A stretch of DNA of 59,665 nt, counting the filler, from Sphacelaria rigidula (taxonomy: Eukaryota): the NCBI GenBank assembly GCA_964200075.2. It is 7 parts of 7 records of this genome, joined end to end, with 100 filler letters (N's around TTAATTAATTAA, not from the genome) between each part and the next. Parts side by side here need not be neighbours in the genome. Positions count along the whole stretch, not along the records: positions 8,540 to 16,978 come from CAXNAA020011128.1; positions 17,079 to 25,516 come from CAXNAA020011129.1; 5 more parts are not named here. One strand, 5' to 3'. A program made the position numbers and the translations under genes. Position 1 is the stretch's first letter. Each line of letters begins with the position of its first letter. The notes under the pieces are model-generated. The model had not been told where the DNA came from. It ran no database searches and was given only the letters and a program-made list of their open reading frames with translations. Shown in pieces: positions 12,195-23,921 of the stretch.

Positions 12195-15100
12195 TTTTAT
12201 TACTACTATTATTATTATGATTATAGTAGTAGTAGTAGTAGTAGTAGTAGTATTTCCGCCCATTAGTCCGATCTCTCGAACCCGTGGTCACAGACTTAGG
12301 CTCGTCTTTCCAATACAGCCCCTGCGATTCCTTACAAGACATAGAGTCCTTCATCCTCTTTTTTAGACTCCAGCCTATTTACAAGAACAAACGCATTCAA
12401 CCAAAATATTACCAAAATAAAAATAAGAAGAGAGACGCTAAGAAAAGTATGAGAAGTAGCTTGCCCGAGTTCAACGGGGTGAAAAAAAAACCCTTCAGAT
12501 TTGCTAAGATTAGCACACCGACAGAAAAGGAAAAGAAAAGAAAAAACAAGAAAAGACAAATGACACGGGCATTCGCAAGGCCACCGGGGGGGGGCAACTG
12601 AAAAAACAACCCCAGGCACCCTCATATACAAGAGAGAATCACCACCACAGCTGTCCCGAGAGTCCGCTGACGTACTAGTGAGTGTACCTTCCGATGGACT
12701 AGTAGTTGCTTTTTGAGGGTCCTCGGTAGGCACTGGGGAAGCTCTAGTGGTAGCACAGCAAAACGTTCCTTGGCGTGGCGTGCTTTCGTCCAGGCTGTCA
12801 TGTACATGTTAGCCCCCTCCTCTACAACTCGGGACCATTCGGACACATCTTGGGCAACCTGCGTCCACGATGTCGCATTTATTCCGAAGTACGAGCAGTA
12901 GTCCGTGATACAGTGTTGTAGGCGCCTTGCTGGTCGGCCGTTGTCCCCCCAACCATGACTCTACGCGTGACATGTTGGGGAGGCGTTCATCGTGCATGTG
13001 CACAACGCGGCCGGCGTGTAGGAGGGTTCGCATCATCACTGTGGCCTCAATGCACTCGCAGCTAGTTCGTTCGAGGTCCTCGTGGTATGGCAGCATGTGG
13101 TGGTCAGGGGCGCTGCGGCTTGAGGTATGCTTATCGAGGCACTTCAGCAGGAATCCTCGATGGGCCTCCCGTAGCGCGCCGAAATTGTCGTGCGCGATCG
13201 CCCCGGTCATGCAACCGTGCAGCATTACCTCGATCACTTCAACGAACCTTGGTGGCGAGGGCGATGTACGAGCTGTCGTATACCGCTCTGCTGTACTGGT
13301 AGAAGTACGTCCAGGCCTGACCAATGCAGCTGTGGATCTCGGGAGTGATATCACTGATGCTCATTTTTCCGCCAAAGTAGAGGAACGACTCAACTTTCTT
13401 GTATCTTTGGCCCGCTGCCTCAACATCGCTCGTATCCGTCTCCATGTTCGGGGAGCGCATGTTCATGATGTCCGTCTTCTTTTATGCGACGACGAGACCA
13501 AATGCCACATATACTTCGACGACGGTCGTCATCATCTTTGCCAGGCTTACCCGGGACCGCGAAGCGATGTGAGCATCGTCGGCGTATAGCATAGCCCAGA
13601 GCACTGTTCGTCCCTGGTCTCCCCGCCCCTTTCAGCGATGCGGATGAAGCCTTGCACCACCACTTTATTGATCGAGAAGCGGTCGAACGTTACCGTCATC
13701 ACCGCCGCGAAAAATGTGTTGAATGGTCCAGGGGAAAGCACACATCCTTGGCGGAGGCCCTGGTCGACGTTAAACCACTCAGACGTCTCGCCGCTGTCCA
13801 GGCGTACGCATGGGCATCGTGGATTGGCGTATGATGGAAATTACCTTGGCGGGGATACCGTAGTGTGCTAGCACTCCAGAGAAGAGAGCGGTCCACTGAG
13901 CCATATGCCTTTTGGAGGTCGGTGAAGCACATGTACAGAGGAAGATTATTCTCTCTGGCCAGTCCTTGGAGCCTGCGCATAACAAACATTATGTCGACTG
14001 TGGAGTGGCCAGGTCGGAAACCGCATCGTGCTTCTGGGAGGATTCCCTTCCACTCGCAATAAGCGCTGGGACGAGTCGCGGCTATCTTGAGTACCATCTT
14101 ACCCGCGTGGGGCCCGAGTGAAATATCACGGTAGTTGCCGCATTCGTGCGGGTCCTGTTTCTTGAAAAGCAACTTGATGATGGTATCTTTCCACTCCTGC
14201 GGCACTACTTCCTGACGACACACGGTGAGCACGATGCTGTGGAGGCACTTCAGACTGGCAGAGTCTTCGGTGCGGCCGAGCTTCACAAGTTCGCCACAGA
14301 TGTTGTCCGTTTCCACGGCCTCGTCTTTCGCTAGCTTGCCCACCGCTTCCTACACTTCTGTCATGGAGGGCTCCGCCGCGAGTGGTGCGTGCTCCAGCAT
14401 CTGTTCGATGAGATCGATGACAGAGTGGTCGATCGTGGGTGAGGTTGCGTTCAGCAGTGTTTCGAACCATTCCTTCCATCGTTGAAGGATAGCTTGCTTG
14501 TCCCGCAACAGCTCGCCAGTCGCGCTCCTGATGTAAGTTGAGTGGCTCTGTTTTTTTCTTTCCAGTTCCAAGGACTTGATATGCTGGTGCAGTCCTGCTT
14601 GATCCTTCTTGCGAATAAACTCCGCGGTCCGGACTGTGAACTCGTGAATGAAGTTCTGCAGCTCAGCATCCTTCACCCGCTTGAACGCTTTGTCCGTCAC
14701 CATCAGCGCCTTCTGCAGGACGGCGTCTTTCGGGTTCGCTCGCAGATTCTTCTAAACACTTCCCCTGAGATCCCACGCCTTTTGGAGACGATCTTGAGCT
14801 TGAGTTGTCTCACGGAAACCTTTAGATGGGGTTTTCTTGGGGCATCGAGGAGTGTATCCGCGGCCGTCTGTCGCAGGGCGTCCGCGAAGGTATATGCCAT
14901 GTGGTTGACGTCCATCACTGCGGGAGAATTCGTGACATTCCGGAGCTTAGCGACAATGGCCTGTAAAACAGTCGCTCTCCAGCGTCGGTCGGATGCGAGG
15001 GCGTTGCGGTCGAAACGCTTTCCTCTATCCCCGCCTCTCGGTTTCGGTTGGCGGTTGGGAGCGTTGTGTCCGATTAGACGGATGGTGGCTGAGACCAGAC

Positions 15101-15715
15101 GATGATCCGACTTCATTTCGGGGTGCACAGTGATATTTCGGACGAGTCTGCGGTCTTGCTAATGTACTAGGATGCAGTCCACGCCCCAGCGGTGTTCGAC
15201 CTTCCATGTGTACGCGATCGAGCTTTCCCCGCGCATTGGTGTGCGAAAAAATGTGTTGGTGATGGCCAATTCGTGTTCCGCAGCGGATTTCAGTAGACAT
15301 CTGTGTTGTGTGTGTGTTGTCGTCCCATCTATTCTGGACGCCAGTCTACACCTTTCGATATATGTGGGCGCACCAGCCGGGGTCACACAGGCATCTACCA
15401 CTCTCGTTCTGGGTGTCTCTGCCATATTCTCCCAATACCCGAACGTCATCCATGCCTCCTCCTTCTCTTTCCGGTACGAGCATTGGCATCCATGATGAGT
15501 ACTAGGTGCTTGTTGGTGGGCATCTCAGCAATAGAATTACTGATGGTTATACAGAACTTGGTCTTCTCGGAACCTTGTGCTGTCTCAGTAGGAGCATACC
15601 CTACGATGAAGGTTATTGCAACTCTATGCCTGAAAGCAACTCGTACCTTGAGGATCCTGGCACTCACGTGTTCGGGGGCGATGGCTGCTGGGCCCAGCAT
15701 GCTGGTAATAGACTC
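12195..15715 (-). mobile_element. Degenerate RTE-like LINE (AP endonuclease plus reverse transcriptase) with frameshifts and a microsatellite tail
   Basis: APE motifs: ARILKVRV, IVGYAPTE, IMDANARTG, ELAITNTFF, SDHRLV. RT motifs: VPQEWKD, CGNYRDISL, CGFRPGHSTVD, FTDLQKAYGSVDR, MLYADD (YADD at 13575-13586), VESFLYFG. The 3' UTR ends in a (TAC)n/(TAA)n tail at ~12195-12252. Confidence 0.92.
15303..15391 (-). mobile_element. 5'-truncated SINE copy inserted in the LINE endonuclease region
   Basis: Matches the 3' part of the SINE at 33585-33954 and is flanked by CATCT direct repeats (15298-15302, 15392-15396). Confidence 0.85.
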
Positions 15716-15716
15716 T

Positions 15717-16440
15717 TTAGCCCCGTTGGGACCGGGCCTTCAGAACAATCAATGAGGCAGGCTGGTTAGGAATGACTTGCCTGGCGTCTGCACGAAACAG
15801 TGGCTTCATGTCGCTGAAATCCGCGTATGTAACCGCAGGGTCATGAGGAAGACCGAAAGTTTCATCCCATCCATTTTCAGGTGTAGGGTGCGCATGAGGT
15901 AAAAATGTACATCTGATGTAGCGAGCAGTATGGGCCGCCGTAGAGAGCTTCCAACAGGATGCGAGCCGCCCGCCACATGTGGCTTTGGATGATATGATTG
16001 TCCCCATCACCTCGCCACACAGCTCTTTGTGGTTGGGGTGGGCAGCGATTTCCCTCTTTATTGTAAGCGGCAAATTCTCTTCGAAGGGTATGAGCGTTGC
16101 GGCGCACATACATGCAGTACAGTTATGAGTGGGACTGGAGGGCCTTTCAACCAGAAATCAGCGGCAAACCAAAAAAAACAGGAGTGCGGAGGAATAATGA
16201 ACACGTCAGAAGGTGGTCGCAACTGTGCCGAGGCCCTCTCGGGCAGAACGCACGCTTCATCACTTGTAAACTTGGTTTACTATGGGACAGCTGTAGCACG
16301 GGAGATCGCGCGGTTCTCGACACAGGAAGCAAGCCAGCCCACTGCACTTCACACCCCCCCGTATACATGGCGCAAAACGCTTCATGTTTGTACGTTTGGG
16401 TTTGTTGCGGCTCAGTGTCACGCTCAAACGAAAACGTGAA
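15717..16440 (-). mobile_element. Non-autonomous piggyBac-like element fragment
   Basis: Starts TTAG-CCCCGTTGGGACCGGGCC. 15720-16060 is the reverse-complement homologue of 32300-32632, and 16265-16340 resembles 28150-28230 inverted. Confidence 0.65.
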
Positions 16441-16517
16441 ATGATTCGCTCAATCCTCTGCTTCGTCACCGAGTTCTAGGCGTTGCGCGATCGGCACTTT
16501 TGGGGTGAGGTTTATTC

Positions 16518-16522
16518 TATTA

Positions 16523-16582
<60 letters not shown>

Positions 16583-16978
16583 ATTATTTCCGCACATTAG
16601 TCCGATCTCGCGAACCCGTGGTCACAGACGTAGGCTCGCCTTTCCAATACCGTCCTTGATATTCCTTATCGGACACATCATCAAAAATAGGAAATAAGGA
16701 GAGGGACGCCACGAAAAACGGTGAGAAGTAGCTCCCCCGAGTTCAACGGGGAGAGAAAAGAAAGAAGAAAGAAAAACAAACAAACAAACGACGAACGCCA
16801 CATCTGTCAAAAATGTACACCGAAAGAAAGGAAGAGAGGAGATAATTAAGGACAAAACAGGAGAAGGCGGGTGACAGGGAGATTAGTATGTCCACCATGT
16901 TCGGGTTTAACTCAAAAACAAAAAACAACCCCAGGCACCCTCATATACGACTACCACAGCTGTTCGGAGAAAGGCGGC
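16518..16978 (-). mobile_element. 3' end of a second RTE-like LINE with a long (TAA)n tail
   Basis: TTTCCGCACATTAGTCCGATCTCGCGAACCCGTGGTCACAGAC and AAAACAACCCCAGGCACCCTCATATAC are shared with the 3' UTR at 12253-12630. The (TTA)n run spans ~16518-16588. Confidence 0.85.
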
Positions 16979-17078
16979 NNNNNNNNNNNNNNNNNNNNNN
17001 NNNNNNNNNNNNNNNNNNNNNNTTAATTAATTAANNNNNNNNNNNNNNNNNNNNNNNNNNNNNNNNNNNNNNNNNNNN

Positions 17079-20000
17079 GGTGCAAGCCTCGGTCGGCTCC
17101 AAGCAAACGAAATTGGACGAATCATCCATGATAACCAAAACGTACCAAAAAACATCCTCATCAGGCAAACCATTAGCACCTTCAGGTCCGCTACTTCCGA
17201 CGTACAGAAATCAAAGTGAACAGCTTCAGCTGGCGCTGTACCATGCACAGTATCGCCATACGGACGAGGAACAATCGCACCAGCACGAGTGTTTACACAA
17301 TGCAAACACTGGCGAACGAACCGGCGAACGTGGGGATCCATGTGAGGCTACACATATTATTCTTTCAAATAAAACAGAGTCGGCGCCGCACTACGGTGAC
17401 CAGCCGACCGCATTTGAGTGCACACCATCAAGCGAGTTTGTAGAGCCTCATCATCCGACGGAATCCACAAAACATCACTACTGCCAACACGCACGCGAAA
17501 CAAACCATCGTCAACCAAAGTAGCTTGACCGAAAGTAGTAGGGAAAAAATGAGCACCGTCGCCGACTGCTTTGTGCTGCGCGGTACGAATGATATCTCAC
17601 GAGGGCAGCGAATCATCGGCATCACACGGGCTGTTCAGAGCAACAGAATAAACAGGCACGGTAGGAACCTTCACCCAGCGAGACAGTAGATCTGCCAAAC
17701 AATTGTGGCACTCTCCAGGAATGTGTTCACTGACATACCGATATTGGCCGAGGACTCCTTTCCAATTTTCCAGCCGTTGCGCCATGATCTTCGTTACGGA
17801 TGTAACACACTCTCCGGGACAAGGTTTGTATTTCAGATTGCGATGGTCGGTGAGAATGCGAACACCACCCCAAAGCAAGTACTCTGGCCTTCGAAATGTA
17901 TTGATTATCACGAAGTCTTTTTTGTCCACTGTCGCCCACCGCAACTGTGAACCTTTAAAACTACCACTCAGAAAAGCCAACGGTTCGTGTGACATGTTTT
18001 CGAGCCTAATGCCACTGCTAATCTCAGCGACAGGCACTTTCATTAAAAAAACTACCCCAGTGGAACTCCAGAGCATCTGGAAACATCAAAACAACGCACC
18101 CTCGACCAGGATGATATAGCGGCACCGCTTGCACCGCCAAATCTTGCGCAGCACGCCATGTCCGCATACGATTCTCCGTCCAAGTGTCCTCCGGGATGAT
18201 ACAAATACGCGCCACCCGCTTGGTTCGAGGCGAAGCCCCGACCATAAGTTGTTTCAAAAACACACGAAGCGGTGCAACTACTTCCGCCATGCGCGGGAGA
18301 GAAGTCCGCAATCAATTCACCGCCTGCAGAAACTGCATCAGCTCACTTGCTGTTCGAGGACATCGCATATTGCTCAAAGCTTGGATGCGGACGGGATAAT
18401 GCGAAACAGTATCCTTGGAGTACACCTTACCACACCAAACCACTTCGCGGGCAAAAAAGGTGCACTTATGCGCAGCGACGAACAGACCAACACTCTCCAA
18501 GCGATCAAGAATTTCGTCAAGAAAAGCTAACAATGCTTCTTCGGTTTCAGAAAAATAGAAAGCGTCATCTACTCACACTTTACAGTTTGGACCTCGCAAA
18601 ATGTCAGTCAGCACACCTTGGAAATACACCGTGGCGTTCAACACGCCCTGCGGGACACGAGTGAGCGTAAACAAACCATCAGGCGTGACGATCGTGTAGA
18701 TCTCCTGACCTTCCGGCGCCAGAGGCATCTACCAATACCCCTGTAGCAGGTCCAACTTGCCGAAGCACTGGGCTCCCAGCAACTCCCGCATGTCTTCTTT
18801 GCTTGGCACCACCCCCGGAGACTGTTTCGCTCGCGCGTTCACCGCCTGGTAGTCGCTGACCAAACGGGATGTGTCCCTTTTCGGCACCGCTATCGCCGGA
18901 CTCGCCCACACAGCCTGGATGTTCTTAACAACTACACCAAACGCCACCAAAGCTGCGATGCATGAGGCAAGCAACCCGGTCTTCACCAGATCGTAACGTC
19001 GGGGCTTGGCCTTCACAGCCTTCGTTCGTGGCTTGAGTTGCACCCTCATGGGCTCTACGCGCGCTGGCGGATCACCACGCAGCACACCACGAAAGGTATC
19101 CACACGACGAGCCAAAATACCACGCAGAAAATATGCACCATCGGCGCTCAGGCCCTTCTGCTCGGCCTGCTGACGCTATCCTCTAGCGCACGTTCTCTTG
19201 CACCTCTCTCCTCCGCGGGATTCACAAACATTTTGGGGCCCCGATCGACCAAGCTCTCCACCGCTGCATCCGCAGGAGCCTCCTCCTCATTGACGCTCTG
19301 GAATGACCGTATGAATACGGTCACACGCCCCGCAGCAAAATGGCCGGGATTTTCCACGCCGGTGTGCATCGGCACAGCACGCGGGCGTAACTTTTCCAAC
19401 CCCAGCGGGTACAAATCAATCCAGATCTCCTTCACCGTCGCCATCCCAAACAGAACCACGTTGTCCCTGCCGGGCATGACAGCGAACGTGATGAGCTGTA
19501 AGTCTACAGCCCCCATGGCGTACTCGCGCTCACAGCAATCGGCGCCGTTTTATGTGTAACCGTCACGGGAGCACCCGTGGCGGTCTGTGCCGTTTGCGGT
19601 CTATTTTCGAACGGAATCTGCAGCTGAGCGCCGCCAAACTGCGAAGACATTTTTTATAGCAACCCCACACCGATCGACGTGAGCGCGGACCCAGAATCCA
19701 GAATAACGCGGGCCATGAACAAACCTACGGAACCAGGCAAGGATAAATCTGCGGGTAAGCATTTTGCCTTGCGATCGACAGGTACCATACCTGCCGAAGA
19801 ACCCTGGTGGGTATCAAGAGTCACCTGACTCCAGGGCTGCCGTCCAGTACTTGGCATCAATAATTGAAAATCGGCGGTCCACCCAGACCACGTCGCCGAA
19901 TATGCAGACGGCGCTGGTACAGCCGTCGCAGCAGTAGGAGATGCACCAGACACGGATCCTGCCTGGCCGAGGGGTTGCGAACTATTCGCTCCAGCACTCC

Positions 20001-21250
20001 CCATCGAAGTATATACACCTCCCACGTACACTGTCCGCCCCGACACCAACGAAGCAGAAGATATGAAGTCACCACCTGATGACGTAGTGGAAGAAACAGC
20101 AGCGATAGAACCACCATCCGCCGCCGATTGCTTGCTACCGCGGCCGACGCGCCCACGTGAGTGGTTGGCACGGCCCCGTCCACCGTGACGACCGCCTCGA
20201 AATCCTGATGAATCTCGCGCATTGCCCTGAGCAGCGTCTCGAGCGCGAGGCTTGGGGCAGTCCTTAATCAGGTGTCCGTTGTCGGCGCAGTTTTAACACG
20301 CGCGAGTGGACGACGCTCGCGAAGACGGCTGCTGTTTCTGTTGCCGTTGTTTTCTGCGGCGTGCACCACCTGCACTTGCCGCAGAATCGCGCCGGCCATT
20401 CGCCTCAATGAACTTCCAGTGGTCGGCGGCATCAAATAGTTTGTTGAACACCACCCTCGGATTGTTTTTCCAGCCGTCTACATACGTCTGTACGCTTCTA
20501 ACATACGCCTTGAATTCCGGAGGCAAAATCTCGTCCACCGAAGCTGTGGAAACCGACTCGCCCAGGCCTGGCAAGCAGCTCCTATCCTCCGCACGGTACA
20601 TGGCTTGAGCCGTGATATTCTCAGCAAAAAACGTTTCCATCGACAAGTTAACCATCATCGCTCTATCCTTGACGGATATCCCATCGCTTTGTGGCATAGT
20701 CCGAACTCTACGGGGGTCTGCTGCAGCCCGCGCAGTGTCATGCTTGCCGCCGGTTGTGGTGTACCCGGCATGCTGATTCACAGCATCTAGCAATTCGTCG
20801 GGGGTCATAGCCCGACGGTTCTTGCACATGTCTTCAAAGCATCGGTGCATGTATGTAGGGATAACTTGTTCCATGCTCATCCTGGCATGCCGTACGTCTC
20901 CTTGTGCATTTGCCAGGTACCAACGCTCTATAGAGCCCTCCTTCGTAATCGAGAAATGCGGCGTAAAAAACTCTTGATGCTTCATCGGTTCATACCCCGC
21001 CATACTTTGGCGGGTCTAGCGACTCACCTAACACCAGCGTCGCTGCCGCCGCTTGAGCCATGTCGTCTAGGGTTCAAACACTTCACGGAGAGACTCTTGC
21101 TTTACTTGTGCGTCCTCCAGCCCACGGAGCGTCCTCCATCGCTGTGCGCTTCGAGTTGGCCTCCTTCCGACTGCGGGGCAAACCGGCTTCCAGCTGCGGC
21201 CCCTTTTCCTCAGTCAAACTCCTCCAACAGAGTGCCGAGAGTAAAATCTA
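17079..21250 (-). mobile_element. Degenerate Ty3/Gypsy LTR retrotransposon internal region (gag-PR-RT-RNaseH-IN), truncated by the contig end
   Basis: gag-like ORF 20293-21003 followed by a CCHC knuckle C*NCADNGHLIKDC. Protease VILDSGS at ~19700. RT motifs WASPAIAVPK, RLVSDYQAVN, KLDLLQGYW, *VDD. RNase H motifs AFLSGSFKGSQLRW, ILTDHRNL, HIPGE..ADLLSR. Integrase zinc-finger half FVRQCLHC and VHFDF. Domain order is Gypsy-type. LTR and PBS were not identified. Confidence 0.93.
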
Positions 21251-21659
21251 GGTAATGTAGCCTCTGCCAGACGATCTGGGAATCGTCGTTAATGAATTGA
21301 TCGCCATCGTTCTTCAAATTTACTCGTTGCGGTTGACTGAGTCGTTGCTATTTTTCGAGCTTGGCCGTAGAGGTGAACTCCGAGGTGGTGACATTGTCAC
21401 ACGTCGAACAGCTCATGAGCTACCTAACAAAGCAAACCGAAGAGGACTCTCAGATCCGTTGTCCACGTACACAACATATGTGATAGCGGCATCCGAGAAT
21501 CCAAAGCGTTACCTCCGCGCCATTCCGCGTGCTCGGTGTCTAGCGCTGTAAAAAGCAAATATGGAAAATGGGGCCGAGTGAGCTAGCTCATGATCCGGAT
21601 CAGTACTCTAAAAATCAGTCACATTTGGGTAGCTCATAAGCTCTCCGACGTGCGATATT

Positions 21660-22400
21660 TTTCGAGCGTGATCGTGGTGGACGACTCCGATTCGCCATTA
21701 TTTTCCGAATTCAGTCGTCGGAGTCGACTCTGAGACGTTGTCATTTGCCGAACCTGATCGTGGAAGTCGATCGTCGCCATTCCGGATGGTGTCGCAAGAG
21801 GGCGACATCGGGTCGACTCTCAATTCGGAAGTTAATCCCATCACCCGAGCGTCAGCAGCTTGCTACTGGTTTCTGCTGCAAACCCGCGATTATGCTCGCT
21901 TGTTTTCTTGCCGCGATGTTTTGATACCGTTCGCAAGTGTTCTCACTTGTCATTGTTCCACGACCTCGGCCAGTGAAAACTATTTTCATATCCACGTGAA
22001 AGTACTCACTCCCCTACCCATGTGAAGAATAGTTCCCCCATCCACGCAGGAAACATCCACCTACCCATTTCCGGAAATCATATTGTTCGACTAGTACACA
22101 TGACTCAACTTTTTGCCAACTTTTGGTACTTTACCCACTACTTGTTCCAGTCCCACAATGTCGGCCCACTGAAGACAAAATACCCCGATCTTTGTTTAGA
22201 AAACATTCTCCCATCAATGTGAGAAGTATTCCACACGTTCAGCGGCTTCGACTCCGAGTGGTGGAAGTCGTGGTCGTAGAATTGGTTGACGTCGTTTTCA
22301 TCGTAGTAGCCGACTCTGAGTCGTCGCCACTTTTCCCAACTCCGTCGTCGGAGTGGACTCTGAGTCACCGTTGATTTCCGAGTTCAGTCTCAGGAGTCGT
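21660..22400. repeat. Element with clusters of GACTC/GAGTC motifs at both ends
   Basis: GTCGTCGGAGTCGACTCTGAG (21715) and GTCGTCGGAGTGGACTCTGAG (22345), plus multiple related units at 21660-21830 and 22240-22400. Confidence 0.5.
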
Positions 22401-22570
22401 GAAACAGCACGAACAGTTATTGGACGTGTGAGAAGTCTCACTCGAGTTGGTTCCATTTAGTGCGTGATGTGCCCAGGCATAGACTTCCGGCTTGCGCTGT
22501 GCTGACGATAGCAGATGATGCAGAAATCTCCTACGCTACGGGATTCTATTGGGACAAGAAAGTAAGCACG

Positions 22571-22609
<39 letters not shown>

Positions 22610-22985
22610 ATGATTGTCGCACTATAAGTGACCCCCCAGGTAGTCATGATCCGGCCGTGGTCACTGATAGATGTACGTGCCCAAGAAAAAAAAGACTGAA
22701 ACACTCGCTCGAGAGAAGAAAAAAAACAGAAAAGGTAGAACAGAACAACATAGTATACCAAGACATACAATAAAAGTGAAAAAAGAGAAGAGAAGAAACA
22801 AAATGGCCGGCCTCTGCCACATGGTTCGGCGGAAAAGGTCTTGCGCAGAACCACACTAATGGTGTAGGGACCATTAGCGGTCCGAAATAGAAGGAGTGAA
22901 GGGATATTTTCATATCCATGCCGAAAATGAAGCCGCACGGCCGAAGTTGGACAACCTTACGAATAGGGAACGCCAATGCGTCCTT
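22571..22985 (-). mobile_element. Retroposon 3' fragment with an (ATCA)n tail
   Basis: (TGAT)n is followed by TGTCGCACTATAAGTGACCCCCCAGG...CCGTGGTCAC...ATGTAC. Related copies lie at 26248-26400 (minus) and 26760-27117 (plus). Confidence 0.7.
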
Positions 22986-23815
22986 ATCTTGGCACTTTAA
23001 CAGTGCACAGCTATGTAAGACACTATGCAGAACCGTCTGCACAGTGTTGTAATCGGTTGCAAACGCGAAGACAAGATTGATCTAGAGAAGGTAACTTTCA
23101 AACAGGTGAGGATGGACGACGTGATGACTGTCCTACGTGCAGAATACAGCAACAACAATGTACACAGTAGGCGCACCATAAGTTCCAGCAAGCATGGATT
23201 GGACAGCAAGAGCCACGTGCGGCGAAATCGCCGTGCTTATTATGTGATCTTTAATATCTTGGTTTCGACCGCAATTTCTGTGCCCAGACAGCCGCCCCAG
23301 AGTTGACGATATATTTTTTCACACAGCATCTACTGAGGCAAACCCACTTGCTGTGAAAGGCCAAGACACGTGCCTAGCAGTGCGCCGAGTCCTAACGTGA
23401 CACATCGTTGTCGCAAATCAAGAAGCCAAGGTGGGAGCGACGCAAGCACGAGCAGCAGGATCACACCATTGTGTGAAGCTGGCAGCACAATCTCGATTAT
23501 ATCATCGCCACTTTGGAGACGAAATGAGGTTGAATGGGATAAGGGAAAATGAAGTTTGTGACTGCTTCGGTGCTCACCACCCCTTCTGCGCGGACAAGCC
23601 CCATGGTGTTGGGAGAGACTGCCGCTCTCGTGGGGAAGCGCTTATTACGTCACTGAGGCGACACGCATAGTTTTAACATCGTCAGCATTTTATTGCAGAG
23701 GGGCTTCCGGGTCTGCGTATACATCGTCAAATTAACACCTTGGTTGACATCTGACGACGTCTCAAAAACGACTTGACTTTAGTACACCATGCCCAAATGT
23801 TCACCTTTTTGTTAA

Positions 23816-23921
23816 CCCTTAGACCGCGGTACGGGTACTCGTGGTCCATCTGGATCATGCATTTTTTTCGAGTGAATATTGATGCCGATTCAGCAGGTGA
23901 CCTACCCTCGCGGTCAAAGAG
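23816..23921. mobile_element. Decayed copy of a ~100-bp piggyBac-type MITE
   Basis: TTAA-CCCTTAGACCGCG ... CGCGGTCAAAGAG-TTGA. The internal sequence is the inverted homologue of 52201-52298. Confidence 0.75.

Noticed and set aside
12927..13589. 220-aa plus-strand ORF, and similar ORFs at 14542-15105 and 19038-19559
   Set aside because: These are antisense shadows of LINE or Gypsy coding regions.
18573..20295. In-frame TGA/TAA codons as programmed readthrough or selenocysteine
   Set aside because: The element has many other stops and frameshifts, so ordinary decay explains them.
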